From Octopus vulgaris (lineage: Eukaryota), in assembly GCA_951406725.2 (NCBI GenBank), contig OX597825.1, forward strand, positions 79,422,001 through 79,486,000: a stretch of DNA of 64,000 bases, read 5' to 3'. The translations under genes were made by a program, and so were the position numbers. Under the pieces are notes generated by a model. That model was not told the origin of the DNA. It did not search any database and worked only from the letters and a program-made list of their open reading frames with translations. Positions 1 through 14,316 of the stretch are shown here, one piece after another. Numbering within the stretch: position 1 is the first letter of the stretch; every line of letters starts with the position of its first letter.

Positions 1-132
1 TATTAGTTTGCTGCTCAGGAATATATATATAAATATATATATACATGTACATATACTAGTACACCATGTGTGTTATGAATTAAACAGACTTTTATATCAG
101 TGGAAATATGTTTGTCTCTCTTACTGTAGTAT

Positions 133-175
133 CTGGTACTGATGATAGACAAATACCTAGAAATGCATTTATTGG
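133..175 (+). ncRNA. Decayed minimal hammerhead-like motif
   Basis: CTGGTA-CTGATGA-TAG/CTA-GAAA-TGCA-TT-TATTGG; exact spacing, wobble-rich stem I. Confidence 0.45.
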
Positions 176-1671
176 TCTACTAGATGGTGCCCTGAGATGA
201 TTGATGGTGTTATGGCACCTATTGCCTAAAGCAAGAATTTTCTCCATGGCAGCCACAGTGAAAAACGGTTTTTATGCAAGTGAGATGTGTCACAAGCACA
301 TTTGAACTGATTTAAAAGTTGGTTTAGTTCACAATACTTCTTTGTGTGAATAGTGTATAATATCAGTCTACAGTATACAATGTGTCCTCCTTGTTTTTAA
401 AGACAGTAGGGTGTGGTTTGAGCAAAATTTTCTTGTTATTTCTTGAAAGTCAAAGTGACACAGAAAGATTTCTGTTGTTGACCGGAGAAGAATGAAATAG
501 TTATGATAAATTCTGTCAACACTGTTGTGAATTTATCATTTGTAATTTAAGAAGAAAAAATAAACAAATGGAAAAGCAAACAAAACAGAACTAAACAGGT
601 GTCACTGCATAATTGAGTTTATAAATGTTAATTTAGCTACCGAATAAGAAAAAAAAATGCTGTAATTAGATTAAGAATGAATTATATTAAGAGCTAGAAA
701 TTCTTGTTGCATTATTATGGTATTTAGTCTAATAATAATTCGTTAAAATTTTGGGACACGGCCAGCAATTTCGGAGGTGGTGGGGGGAAGTTGATAACAT
801 CGACTCCTGTGCTCAACTGGTACTTGTTTTATTGACCCCTAAAGTATGAAAGGCAAAATTGACCTCAGTGGAATTTGAACTCAGAATGTAAAGACAGATG
901 AAATGTCACTAAGGTTCAGTGTTGTTTCCAGTTCTCCACATAAACGTGTTTGGGCTGTTTGTTGTTTGATAGATTAATTCTCCGTTTCGGATACAAATGT
1001 TGGGGTTGACAACAGGAAGGGCATCCAGCCATAGAAACTCTGTTTGAACATAGTTCTGTCTGACCCATGTAAGCATGGAAAAGTAGACATTAAAATGATG
1101 ATGACGATTTCGCGCACGTGCACGTGTGTTCACACACACAAATACATATCAACTCTTTGAACCTGACCTATACATATATTTAGCCACGAAACCCTTGCCA
1201 CATCACTGCTAACTTAGGTTTTGGGGGCCAAGGGAGCCAACCCTGGATAAATTCCTCAATTAATTGTATCATGTGATTTCATTTAATTCACAATTTTTTT
1301 TACAGCATCCACAAACTGGATGTGACAGTTTCTCACCTTCAATAGCAGAGAGCAGTCACCATATTTATTTTCATACCTGCTATCACTGAAGAGCACATAT
1401 ATTCGATAACCACCTTGTTATTTAATATCTGGTGCAAAACTGATCGGTAAGATCAGCTGTAATGGATCTACAATACTGTGTACTTTGATTAATGTACCCA
1501 CTCTATTGACAAATGTATGACTGCCTATTTTTCTTGACTTATGGATTTGTATACAATGACTCTATACACCCACACACACCCACACATTGTTATTGTATAA
1601 AAACATGTCACACTCTTTGATCTCTGCTTCACCTGTTACACTTCGTTGTTATATACCTTCTTCTTTTACAG

Positions 1672-1804
1672 CTTTGTGGTCAATATTCAAGAGACTTGGG
1701 ATCATTTGCGCAGTATCAAGCTAATCAACTAAAGTCTAAGCCAGACCAACTGTTTGATACTGATGGACAAACAAAACCAGCGGTTGGCTTCTGGGCATAT
1801 TGGG
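1672..1804 (+). CDS. CLCN2: ClC-2-like chloride channel, exon A (first in window): LCGQYSRDLGSFAQYQANQLK...GFWAYW; phase 0-1
   Basis: ttttacAG acceptor and G|GTtcgt donor. Peptide resembles the ClC-2 N-terminal MYGRYTQDLGAFA. The phase-1 end joins the next exon to give GAA. Confidence 0.8.
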
Positions 1805-2556
1805 GTTCGTATTTTGTTTTAAAAATATATATACGTCTACACATTGTCTTTGACTTATTTTGGTTTGCCTTTTCGTATCTTTGATCTGATGTTCTGTGAT
1901 TCAGTGTTCTGATAGTAAATTTTGTTCAAAGTATGTTGCTGCTGTGTTCCAAGGCACATCAATATAAACCTCTTCTTTCTATTCATTACACACACACACA
2001 CATTTGGAGTGATGTGTTCATAGGAACATGGTCAGACTACTTAGACTAAACAAGACTGGGTGTCAGTAAATTTAATCTATAACTGCAAATCTGACAAAAT
2101 GTATTTTATTTCACCTTGGAACAGTTTGGGGCCAGAACTTGGTGTATGGTACAGCTAATTATATAGGGAACCAGGTAGAAAGATGGTTGTACAGGTATAG
2201 AAAAGAGAAGTACACCAATGGCAGGCAGTGTGTGTAGTATGTGTTGAGGTTGGTGATGTGGTTGAAGTTACGGTTGCACCCTAGTGTAGGGGTGTTGATG
2301 AAGAAGGTGAAAGTGAAAATAGTACTCTTACTCTTTACTCTCTTTTACTTGTTTCAGTCATTTGACTGCGGTCATGCTGGAGCACCGCCTTTAAGTCGAG
2401 TAAATCGACCCCAGGACTTATTCTTTGTAAGCCTAGTACTTATTCTATCAGTCTCTTTTGCTGAACCGCTATGTTATGGGGACATAAACACGCCAGCATT
2501 AGTTGTCAAGTGATGTTGGGGGGACAAGCACAGATACACAAACATACACACACACT

Positions 2557-2593
<37 letters not shown>

Positions 2594-4177
2594 GCATATA
2601 TACATATATACGACGGGCTTCTTTCAGTTTCCGTCTACCAAAATCACTCACAAGGCTTTGGTCGGCCCAAGGCTATAGTAGAAGACACTTGTCCAATGTG
2701 CCACGCAGTAGGACTGAACCCAGAACCATGTGGTTGGTAAGCAAGCTGTTTACCACACAGCCACTCATTATAAATTGAGGGGTAGGTGATGTTGATATAT
2801 GAAGGGTCAAGGTAGAGTGTTTGGTGTTAGTGTTTCTGATGGTGAAGTGTGTGGTGGTAATGTGTTGACGCTAGAGGGGGAAGTGAAGGGGTGAGGGTTG
2901 TTGGTTGTACTGGCAAATGAGGGTGGGGGGGGGTAGGGTGGGGAGTGACTGTGGTGCTGATGACTGATAAGCACTCACTGCATGCATACACTCTCACATG
3001 TAATTAGTTTGGGTGGGGTGGGGGTGGGGGTGAATTATTGGCATGAATTGAAATTAAGCAAAAATAAATAAATAAATACATAAATAAATGCATAAATGCA
3101 TAAATACATAAATAAATATATAGATAAATAAATGTATAAATCAAATAAAAAAATAACGAGAGTGTTTGGAACTGTTTGAATGGAATAACATTATGCAAAG
3201 TTGAACCTGTGTGAATCAATACTCAGAGTTTCTCACTCCTGATCTTTATTAGTGCTTGCATATGTCATCATCATCATCATCATCATCATCATTTAACGTC
3301 TGTTGTCCATGCTGGCGTGGGTTGGATAGTTGGACTGGGCTTGGCACGCAGGAAAGCTGCACCAGAGCTCTGTCTGATTTGGTATGGTTTTCTACAGCTG
3401 GATGCCCTTCCTAATGCCAACCACCCCGTGTGTGTAATGGATGCTTTTGCGTGACAGCAGGGTGCATGGGTGCCAATTTGCGTGACACCAGTATCTGTCA
3501 CGACTGCAATTCTGTTTGGCTTGATGGGGTCTTCTTCTCAAACCCAACATAATGCCAAAGATCTCGGTCATTGTCTCCGTGAGGCCCATCATCATTATTT
3601 ATTGTCCTTTTTTTTTCCTTTCCTCTGCTGACATTGGTTCGATGGTCCCAGTGTCTTCTTTGGCATAGTCTCTACAGCTAGATACCCTTGCCGTGCTGAT
3701 CACTTCACACACTGGGTGCATTCCTTGTGGCACCAGCTCTGGTGAGGTCAACAAGTACCCAGAAGACAAGATCCTCCTCAGCTGAGTGGGGTATGGCATT
3801 GAAGGATAAGCAGATAAGATAAAGGGGCAGATGCAGGTGTCTTGCTTGTGAGGTGAATTCATGGCTTGCCCATCTGGGGAAAGAAAGAAGGGAATGAGAG
3901 AACAATGCCAGGTCAAGTTTAGGGACACAACTGAGGATGCTGTTTTGCACCAGTTTAGACAAATACAGAATCATGATCCAAAAAAGGGGTTTCTCTCTGT
4001 GATTGTTCGACCTGCTAGAAACAACAGCCAAATTTCCTTTTATTAGACTCTACTGTCTTGGGAAAAGAGTGGACATGTTGGTTAATGTAATCATACATAT
4101 TTCTAAAATGGCAGAATACTCATGTCAAGGTTGACCAACAACAACAGTCCAAATATAAACATACATATACACAAATA

Positions 4178-4216
<39 letters not shown>

Positions 4217-4311
4217 GTATATATGTATATATATACATGTGAGTGTATATGTATATGTGTTATATATATATATATATATATAAGTATGTGTATATGTTAT
4301 GTGTATGTATC

Positions 4312-4357
<46 letters not shown>

Positions 4358-4433
4358 TTATATATATGTTTGTCTATTTTCATTTTTTAAATGTGTATAT
4401 GTATGTTTGTGTGTATATATATATATATGTATA

Positions 4434-4480
<47 letters not shown>

Positions 4481-7400
4481 TGAGCTTCTGTATAATTTCC
4501 TTCTACTAAATAACATTCATGAGACATTGGTCAATCTGGAGTAACAGAAGATGTTCCTTGCCAAAGGTTCCCTAGAGTGGGATCAAAACATAGCACCTTG
4601 TTGCGAAATAAACTTGTTATTCACATAAGCTCTGCCTGTGCTTCTGATATAAGTTTACATTGAAATTTACAAAGCTGTAACAAACTTTGTAGCTGAGCAA
4701 CATCAAGGTCATTATCAACATGACTGAGTAGCCTTTTATTGGTTTTAGTCAGTGGTATAAGTTCTGAGGCCATGCGATTAACAAAAAAAAAAAAGCAAAT
4801 GTTGAACTTTTATTGCACAAAATGATCAAAGAGTTATAAAAGCAAAATTATTGAAAAAGGTGCCAATTTTGAAAAAAATGTGCTTGGTGGGGAGGGGGTG
4901 GGCGAAGTCACTCCCCTATTAACTATGCTACTGTGTAAAGTATTTCTTGATTTTTTTTTTTGCTTACCTTTGTACAGGGTCCTTCCTATCTTGATCTTCA
5001 GCATCATTCCTGGAATGCCATCAGTAAACCTTGTTTGACCCATTGCAAGTCAGGCAAAAAAAGACATTAAAATGATGATGATGATGGTGATGATGATGAT
5101 GTTGATTATCGTTTTTCAACTTCAGTCTTAATATGTTTGTTTGTAGTTGTTTTTGTGGTTTGGTTTGTTGCTGTTTTCTATTGTTTATCGTAATCTAAGT
5201 CCTGAACATCCAATAGACTAAATGGCCTGCAGCAACATAATCTCTCCTTTTTTTTTTCTTTTTTTGTTTTCATATATTTTTGTAAGTTCTTGTTTAACGC
5301 ATGAATTACATTGCTTTGGTAACGGATGTTAATAGTTAGCTATGAGATAATGAGGAGTATTCTGCCTTCATCATCAGATAATCTACCACATTACATACGT
5401 AATCAATATTAGTAATAAGGATTTAACATTGCACTTCCTCAATGTCACTTCATTGTGAAATACATCTTTCGGGTTTCGTCTGTGTGTTCGCCGGAGCTGT
5501 GGAGAAATTCCGTGAAGTAATGTCACAAAATCTATCACTGCATTGCTGCACGTGCAAGCATGTGCAACGATACAGGACCTAGAACGGTGTGCATCCGCTG
5601 AGGAGCTCTGCATTATTTGTCTTTTACCATGGTATAATGCAGAATCACGAGCCGAGTGAGTGTTGCGAATAATTATCTAATTGCCGACTGATTTCCTAAT
5701 GTTTTTAGATTAGACAATAGTAGTCACGTACTTTTGTTGTGGCTTGTTGATGTTGTGTTTTAAAGGTGTGTTTAGGTGGAAACAGATAGGGGTGCATGTG
5801 TTTGTGTGTGTGTATGTGTGTGTGTGTGCATGTGTGTGTGTGTGTGTGTGTGTTTGTGTGTGTAGTAGGTAAATTTTTTTTAGTACATATCTTGAGTGTA
5901 TGTGGATGTATGTGAGTATAGATGTATGTATATTATATGCTTACATGCGCACATGTGTATAGGTATGTGTGGTACAAGTAATGTTGGTCATATGATTGCG
6001 GAGCGTGCAAAAACAAAAAAAAATCAAAACAAAAAGAAAAAAACTTTAACCCCCTATACCCCCCTCAATGCAACACCCCTCCCTCAGAAAAAGGTACTCA
6101 ATGTATCTAGAGGCAGATTGGGTTATAGTTGAAAGGTAACTTAGGACTTGCAAGAGGTTTCATTAGAACAGCAATAGATGAATCCAGACCCCTCAGGGTA
6201 GAGGATGCAACTGAGAAATGAGGCATTACATTGTGGGTTGGTTACATGTGCGTGTGTGTGTGTGCATGCATGCAGGTGTGTGTGTGTAGGGGAGGGGTGA
6301 ATGTGAATGACAGGAGGAGGAGTAGGAGGAAGAAATAGAAAGAGTTACTGGGTGGAGTAGCATATATAAGGCTCTCCTGCAATGTCATCTGAATAGATTG
6401 CTATATATGTCATGATGATGATGATGGTCATTGTTTTAACATCCACTTTTCCATGCCTGTATGGGTTGGATGGAATTTGTTCGGGCAGATTTTTTTTTTT
6501 TGTATGGCTGGCTGCCCTTCTTTTTGTCAACTCTGACCTGTTCCCAAATAAGGTAACACTTCAAGACATAATGTGCTTTCACAGAAGATCGGAAGCAAAG
6601 GATACTTGCTTACAACTATCACATGATTCCAAGGAGAGAGTACCCCCCCACACACACACGCATACACATACACATAATGAGCTTCTTTTAGTTTCCTTTT
6701 ATCAAATCCACTCACAAGCCTTTGGTTGGTTCAGAGCTATAATAGAAGACACTTCACTGAAATGCCACATGGTGGGACTGAACCAGAGAACCATGTGGTT
6801 GGGAGACAAGCTTCTTCACCATGTAGCCATGCCAGTGCTTAAAGATGTAAAGAGAAATTTATTACTTTGAGATCTTAAGAGAATTAAAGGACATACAAAT
6901 GATATATATATATATATATGATATATATACAGTTGTACTTTCTACATAAACAGCCCAACACACCAAGAACTTCATATGTAGCCTAATGTGGCTGTGGTAA
7001 GAAGCTTGCTTCCCAACCACATAGTTCCGGGTTCAGTCCCACTGTGTGGCACCTTGGCCAAGTGTCTTCTACTATAGCCTTGGGCCAACCAAAGCTTTGT
7101 AAGTGGATTTTGTAGACGGAAACTGAAAGAAGACCATTGTGTATATATATGTATATATATTTATGTGTGTGTCTTTGTGTCTGTGTTTGTTCCTCCTCCC
7201 CATTGCTTGACAAGTGATATTGATGTGTTTACATCCCCGTAACTTAGCGGTTCAGCAAAAGAGAATGATAAAATAAATACTAGGCTTACATAGAATAAGT
7301 CTTGGGGGTTGGTTTCTTCGACTAAAGGTGCTGCTCCAGCATGGCCACAGTCAAATGAGTGAAATGTGTAAAAGAGTAAAAGAGTACCATATATGTATAT

Positions 7401-8320
7401 ATGATCACATACACACACACACACACACATCACGATACACTCACACACACAAATATATGTATATACATGTGCATGTAAACATATCTCTAAAACACACACA
7501 CACACACAAAAGTACACATGTACTTAGAGTGACTCTGATGCTTACACTTGTTTAGAGATAAGTTTTGGTTTGGTACTGAAATCATTCCTTCAACCCTTTT
7601 GTTACTGAATTTCTGTTGAGATGCTCTGTGTTTCTCTTAATTATTTTAGATATAACAAAGAATTTAGTAAAATCACTTAGTTATTATTAAGTTAGTGTTA
7701 GGAACATCAATTGTGACTAAGGTTTGGTGGAAGATTTTTATTCAGAACTTATGAAAACAAGACATTTATACTACAAAGCTAGAGGTGGTTTCAGCCGGGT
7801 TGGTATCAAAAGGGTTAAACACACATCTACATTTGGGCAGATAGACATTAGAAGCAGTTGGAAGGGTGTGGATTGAAGGAAATTTAGGCTATTATTTCTA
7901 GCATATAGAGTGACCACACTGAGGTCTCCTTCTCTTATGTCTTCTGTTGATTATTTTTCTTATCAACCCTTTTGTTACCATATTTCTTAATTATCATTAA
8001 GCTGGTGTTAGGAACATAAATTGTGACTAAGGTGTTGTGGGAGATTTTAATTCAAAACTTATTTAAACAAGACATTTGTATTACAGAGCCAGAGCTGGTT
8101 TCAGTTGGGTCGGTAATGAAAGGGTTAACTGGGTTTGTCAGCTGATTTAATACCACTGCCACCTGTCACCTGTCACCTTAGGTGCCTTTAGCAGAGTCCA
8201 CTCTGTTGCAAACATTTGAGCCAGGTCTCTGTTTTGAAGTTACCTTCCTCTTTCTCTGCTACCAGTCTTGGAAGCTCTGTAACAAGTCATGGGCACAGCA
8301 TTCCCTCCTAACTGAAAGAT

Positions 8321-8352
<32 letters not shown>

Positions 8353-8491
8353 TTCACACGAGTCTTGTGTGGTTTCTGTATGTATGTATGTATGTATGTG
8401 TGTGTGTATGTAGTCATATATATCTTGTCTGTTACTTGTTTCAGACACAGGATTACAGCCATGTTGAGGCATTACCTTGAAGGGTTTAATC

Positions 8492-8839
8492 CAGGGCTTC
8501 TCAATCATTTTTTATCTATGGACCCCTTTGATTACTATTTTATTCTGGTGGACCCCCATAGCTATTCAATGTTTAAAACTAGTTTCATAGTAACTTATTT
8601 CCTAATTCCTATCTTGTTTTTCCACACATTAACATGTATAGGTTGAATTATGTAAAATGTTAGAGAGAGAAACTCAGCTGTTTCTTGCAATACATATCAA
8701 TAAATACATTTAAAGCAAACTTTTTTCAGGGGCCCTTAAAATACAATTGTAAATCCCCAATTTACTACTTCATTGTGTGGACCCCTAAAACCTTATATAA
8801 ACCCTCAAGGGCCATATGGATCCTGGGTGAGAACCACTG
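8492..8839. mobile_element. hAT (Charlie/MER5-like) MITE inserted in a SINE; related copy at ~49292-49517
   Basis: CAGGGCTTCTCA ... TGAGAACCACTG termini; 8-bp TSD GTTTAATC/GTTTAGTC. Confidence 0.8.
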
Positions 8840-8993
8840 GTTTAGTCAAAGGAAATGAACTCAGTAATGATCTTTTTAAGCCTATTACTTATTCTATCAG
8901 TCCCTTTTTGCTGATCCAGTAAGGGATGTAAACAAACCAACAATGGTTGTCAAGTGATGATGGAGGACAAACACAAAGATATGCACACACTCA

Positions 8994-9250
8994 TCAAGGG
9001 CAGAAGAATGCAGCTGGTGGGTCATGTCCTATGAATGGGGGACAATGTCCCGGCAAGAACAGCAATGACATGGTAACCAACTGGAAGGAAGAGACCAAAT
9101 GGTCACTTAAAGAAAACTTGGAGATCCTCTTTAAAAGATGACCTGTGCAGCTGTGGAACAAATTGCTTTCAAGATCCAACCCTTGCCAAAGACTGAAAAA
9201 GATGGAAGAGCATGGTAGCCCATTGCTGGGAGTCTGGAGAAACCAAATGA
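8994..9250 (+). mobile_element. RTE-clade LINE ORF2 C-terminal relic
   Basis: Frame RRMQLVGHVL*MGDNVPARTAMTW*PTGRKRPNGHLKKTWRSSLKDDL...AKD*KRWKSMV resembles the RTE motif RWxGHVxRM..WxPxGKRPRGRPxxTW. Confidence 0.75.
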
Positions 9251-9970
9251 CTAATATGTACAGGATTGGTGATGCAGACAAGAAAAAAAGAACTCAAAAC
9301 ATGAATGAGTGTATATTTTTTTTTATTGATATTTAGCAAAAGTGCCAGAGTGATTCAAGGGCTGAGAGTTTCATTTGTTGGCACTTATCAAACTAGTTAC
9401 AAATTGAGGGGTTGTGAATTTATCTACAAGTGATAATAGTATTTCCCTAGATAGTTCTGGAACAAATTATAAAAACGATTACAATGTCATGTGAATAATG
9501 CATATTTTTCAAATAATTTAGTCGTTATGTCATTCAATAAGTAAATACATAAAACATTCAAGCGTGGTCATTGCCAGAACCACCTGACTGGCCCTCAAGT
9601 CAGTGGCGCATAAAAGCACCCACTACACTCTTGGAGTGGTTGGCGTTAGGAAGGGCATCCAGCTGTAGAAACTTTGCCAGATCAGATTGAGCCTGGTGCA
9701 GCCTCTGGCTCACCAGTCCTCGGTCAAACCGTCCAACCCATGCCAGCATGGAAAACAGACATTAAACGATGATGATGATGATACATAAATGAATACATAA
9801 GCAGAATTTGTGCATATTTACACACACATAAATGAGATATAATGAGCTTCTTTCAGTTTCTGTCTACCAAATCCACTTACAAGGTTTTGGTTGGCCTGGG
9901 GCTATAGTAGAAGACACTTGCCCAAGGTGGTGCACAGTAGGACTTTTCAACCACACGGTCATGCCTGTGC

Positions 9971-10014
<44 letters not shown>

Positions 10015-11655
10015 TCAGTATAAGTTGAGAAATTCAATCTCTCTCTTCATATAAAGAGGACACTTCCCTGTTGGGCCAGTCTTCTACTTAAAAACCCTTC
10101 CCAACAAGAAATACTTGGGTTTTAGTTACGGTGAATTCCTCAACTAAGAAAATGTGTGTGTGTATATGTCTATACACGCATTTATATAATATATATCTTT
10201 TGTAATCCCATTATCCATCCATCCATCTACCTATCTGTGTGTATGTAGGTACTGTAAGTTTAGAGGGAATACTGGATAAGTGTAAGCACTTATATATGCC
10301 AGATAGTGGCTGTGTGTATGTGTATACACTCATTCGTACAATACACATTTTTGTAATCCCATCAACACCTTCTCACCCCAACTCTGTCTCTCTTTCTCTA
10401 CGTCCTTCTCTCTCTCTCTCTCTCCCTCTTTCAACCTTCCTCTCTCTTCCTAGTTTTAATAACACCTCATTGTGAGTTACACATTATTTCATTTCTTTGT
10501 CTTTTTATTAGAAGAGTTTACCTGCAAAGACATTAACACCTATGTACAAACATATATCCCACCAGCCTGTAGACATGCACAGGTATGGCTGCATGGTAAG
10601 AAGCTTGCTTCCTAACTACATGGTTCTGGGTTCAGTCCCACTGCATGGCACCTTGGGCAAGTGTCTTCTACTATAGCCTCAGGCCAACTAAATCCTTGTG
10701 AGTGGATATAATAAATGGAACTTGAAATAGCCTGTTATGTATATATATATTTGTGTGTGTGTGTGTGTACATATATATATAAATGGAACAAAAATGCAAT
10801 AGAGGACATTAAAACATTCGGACAGATAGACAATACAAAGGCAGACAAGAGAAACAACAGTTAGAAGGACAGGCAAAAAAAGACAGGTCATTCATGGCCT
10901 TCTTTCTTCAGTCAAGTACCAGGCATCATAACCATTTCAGGCAGTTACACTTGAGGTGGTTCGATCTGGTTGCCTCCAAAAAAGTCTAAGCTAAGAGCAT
11001 TAGACCCCGTTGTAAGAAAGCTAGCGAATGTGTATGACAACAAAGACAAAAAACGGAGAACATGGTACATAATTAGGAATACAAACAACTATGCATTTGT
11101 GTGTCTTTGTAGCTGTGTTTGACCCCCCCCCCCCACTGCTTGACAACCAGGGTTAGTGTATTCATGTCCCCCCCCCATAATTTATTGGTTCTGCAAGAGA
11201 GACTGGTTGAATAAGTGCCAGGCTAAAAAAAAAAAACAGATAAAAAATGAGCAGTTGGGTTGGTTCATTTAAGTAGAAATTATTCAAGGTGGTGCCCCAG
11301 CATGGCCACAGTCTAATGAGTGAAGTGCTCACATGCTAGCATACAAACAAACTCATGCACACATAAGCTAACCACATACACATACAAACATATAAACTTT
11401 GAAATGTGCACAATCACATAGAAATGCACACATGCATACATAGAAGTGCACAAACACACTGTTTCACTCTTTGACTGTGGCCATGCTGGAGCATCGCCTT
11501 TAGTCAAGCAAATCGACCCCAGGACTTATTCTTTGTAAGCCTAGTACTTATTCTATCAGTCTCTTTTGCCGAATCGCTAAATTACGGGGACGTAAACACA
11601 CCAGCATGAGTTGTCAAGTGATGTTGGGGGGACAAACACAGATACACAAGCATAC

Positions 11656-11700
<45 letters not shown>

Positions 11701-12542
11701 TACAACAGGCTTCTTTCAGTTACCGTCTACCAAATCCACTCACAAGGCTTTGGTCGGCCTGAGGCTATAGTAGAAGACACTTGCCCAAGGTGCAACGCTG
11801 TGGGACTGAACCCGGAACCATGTTGTTGGTAAGCAAGTTACTTACCACACAGCCACTGCTGCGCCTACACTTACTTGCATGCATAGAAACACATACATAT
11901 ACATAGGAACACAGAGACATGTATAAAAACAGATGGGTGCATGTGTAGACACACAGACATATGCATAGATACACAAACAGGTGTGTACATAAAAGCACAT
12001 GCATGCTCATACATGGAAGCGTGCATAGACGCAAACATGGAAAAATACACAGACACATGCATAAAGACACACATAGCATGCATAGAAACACTCATGCACA
12101 GATGCATACACGGAAATACCTACACACAGACACATACATAGAAACATATACAGACGCATACTTAAAAATACACAGATGCATTCATAGAAACACACACACC
12201 TTGCACTATTCCGTGTATTAAGAAATCAATTTGCATTAGGTTGTAAATTGTTAATTAGGTTATAAATTGTTAATTACTATTTGGTGATGGATTTCATTGA
12301 ATGTTTACACTTGCAGCAAAGCCAACATTATGACTGTAACAGTCTCTTGTCTTCATGTCGGCACACACTTTGCTGTGCAAGTACAGGCATGGCTGTGTTG
12401 TTGTGGTGAGGCTTTCTTTGCAACCATGTGGTGTTAGGTTCTGTCCCGCACTGTGGCATTTTGGGCAGTGTCTTCTACCATAGCCCCTGGCCAATCAAAG
12501 CCTTACAAGTGGATTTGGTTGGTGGAAACAGAGAAACCTATC

Positions 12543-12617
<75 letters not shown>

Positions 12618-13307
12618 AAAGTAAGATAGGGGTTATGAGGGTAACCCACTTAGAAAAAATAAGGTACTCATGGATCTGGATGGTTTTATATTTACAGATT
12701 TTTATTAATATGTCACATGTTCTTATAAATCATATATTAGCGCTTGCGTCCATCTACTAGAGTAGATGCAAGTGCTCCTGAATCCTCCTGGTGTCTAAGA
12801 TAGTTGAAGATTTCTTGGTAGCTAGTGGCAGAGCCATTCTATATTCTGGGACTACATTATCATCATTTAACGTCTGTTTTCCTTGCTGGCATGGTTTGGA
12901 TGCTTTGACATGGAGCTGGCTAGCAGGGAGCTGTCCAGACCCCAATTGTCTGTTGTGGCAGGATTTCTATGGCTGGTTGCCCTTCCTATAATGCCAACCA
13001 GTTAACAGAGTGTACTGGGTGCTCTTTACATGTCACCGTGACAGGTGTGTTTATGCAGCCCTGGTATGGGTGCTTTTTATGAATATATATATATATATAC
13101 AAATTGAGATAGGGGTTGTAAATGTACACTGATTTGTTCTGCGTTTTTATATTTAACCCTACAGTCTCTTATGTGGTGGTTTAATAAAGTATGTGATTGA
13201 GTATTATCTGGTAATTGATATTTGATTTAGATGTATTTCTCCATTTTCACCGTGACAGGTGTGTTTATGCAGCCCTGGTATGGGTGCTTTTTATGAATAT
13301 ATATACA

Positions 13308-13871
13308 CAGACATGCAGGAAGTAAATAGACACCTTTAATTTTCAAAATCTTTTATTTGATATTAATTGGTTGAAGGAGAAGTTTTCTTCTAGCTGCTCG
13401 TCCATAATACCCAAGCTTATGCAGATATGTAACACACATTCTACTAGCTGTTTTGCAATGTCTGAAGCTTTTGAACGGGGTTCATTTTCCACAATTCTCT
13501 TCAAACATTGAAGCTGCCTTTCTGAGGGCCCAGGTCGGCTGGGATGAGAATCTGTTGATTCTTTTCCATGGCTTTTGAATTGCACTCTAATTCTATTAAC
13601 AATAGCAAGAAGAATTTAAAGATTTTCGGCAATTTTTGGCTGCCAGAGACCAGCCTCAGATTGCCCAACAATATGACCTCTTTGAAAATCTGACAGTTCT
13701 GCTGAATTTTTTGTGTATGGCATGATTACTCTTTGCAGATGCTTAATATAATGGCACCTGGAATGAAAAAGAATAATTACATTGTAAATTCTACACCACT
13801 GAAAACATATTAAGACCTTTAGGTCGAAAATTTTGAAAACTAAAGGTGTCTATTTACTTCTTGCATGTCTG
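13308..13871 (-). mobile_element. Internally deleted Tc1/mariner transposon with ~40-bp TIRs and a transposase N-terminal relic
   Basis: TIRs CAGACATGCAGGAAGTAAATAGACACCTTTA / TAAAGGTGTCTATTTACTTCTTGCATGTCTG. Minus frame from 13723: MPYTKNSAELSDFQRGHIVG...(stop)...RPGPSERQLQCLKRIVENEPRSKASDIAKQL, a paired-like HTH. Confidence 0.88.
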
Positions 13872-14184
13872 TGTGTGTATATATATATATATATATATAA
13901 AGTTCAGCAACAATTTAGATTCAAATGAATATGGCACTTAATTTAGATGCACCAGAATTTTTTATGGTGTTACCCATAAAAATATGCGGGGTGATTATAA
14001 TCAAAAAATAAGCAACAAGGATGAATAAATATTTACAGCTTTTAATAAAATGTTGTAGTATGAAACAATTGTACTAAATTACCGGATTCATCCTTGTTGC
14101 TTATTTTTTGTATATATATATTTATATGTATATACAAATACACATAATATATTTACTATGTATACATTCACTATTTATTTTCAG

Positions 14185-14316
14185 AACAATGTATCCGACT
14201 TCGAGACATTATTTTTCACAAAATTGGAGAAGATTGGGTGTTCTTAGCTTTATTAGGAATTATAATGGCCTTGATGAGTTTTACAATGGATTACGTCATT
14301 GAAAAATGCCAGGAAG
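14185..14316 (+). CDS. CLCN2: ClC-2-like exon B: QCIRLRDIIFHKIGEDWVFLALLGIIMALMSFTMDYVIEKCQE (helix B); phase 1-1
   Basis: tttcAG / GTgagt; GEDW.FL.LLG..MAL.S..MDY motif of ClC-1/2; 132 nt. Confidence 0.95.

Noticed and set aside
5380-5700. Repeat-poor, CpG-containing intronic stretch, possibly an alternative exon or regulatory element
   Set aside because: No CLC-like peptide or convincing in-phase splice pair found. It cannot be supported without conservation or RNA data.
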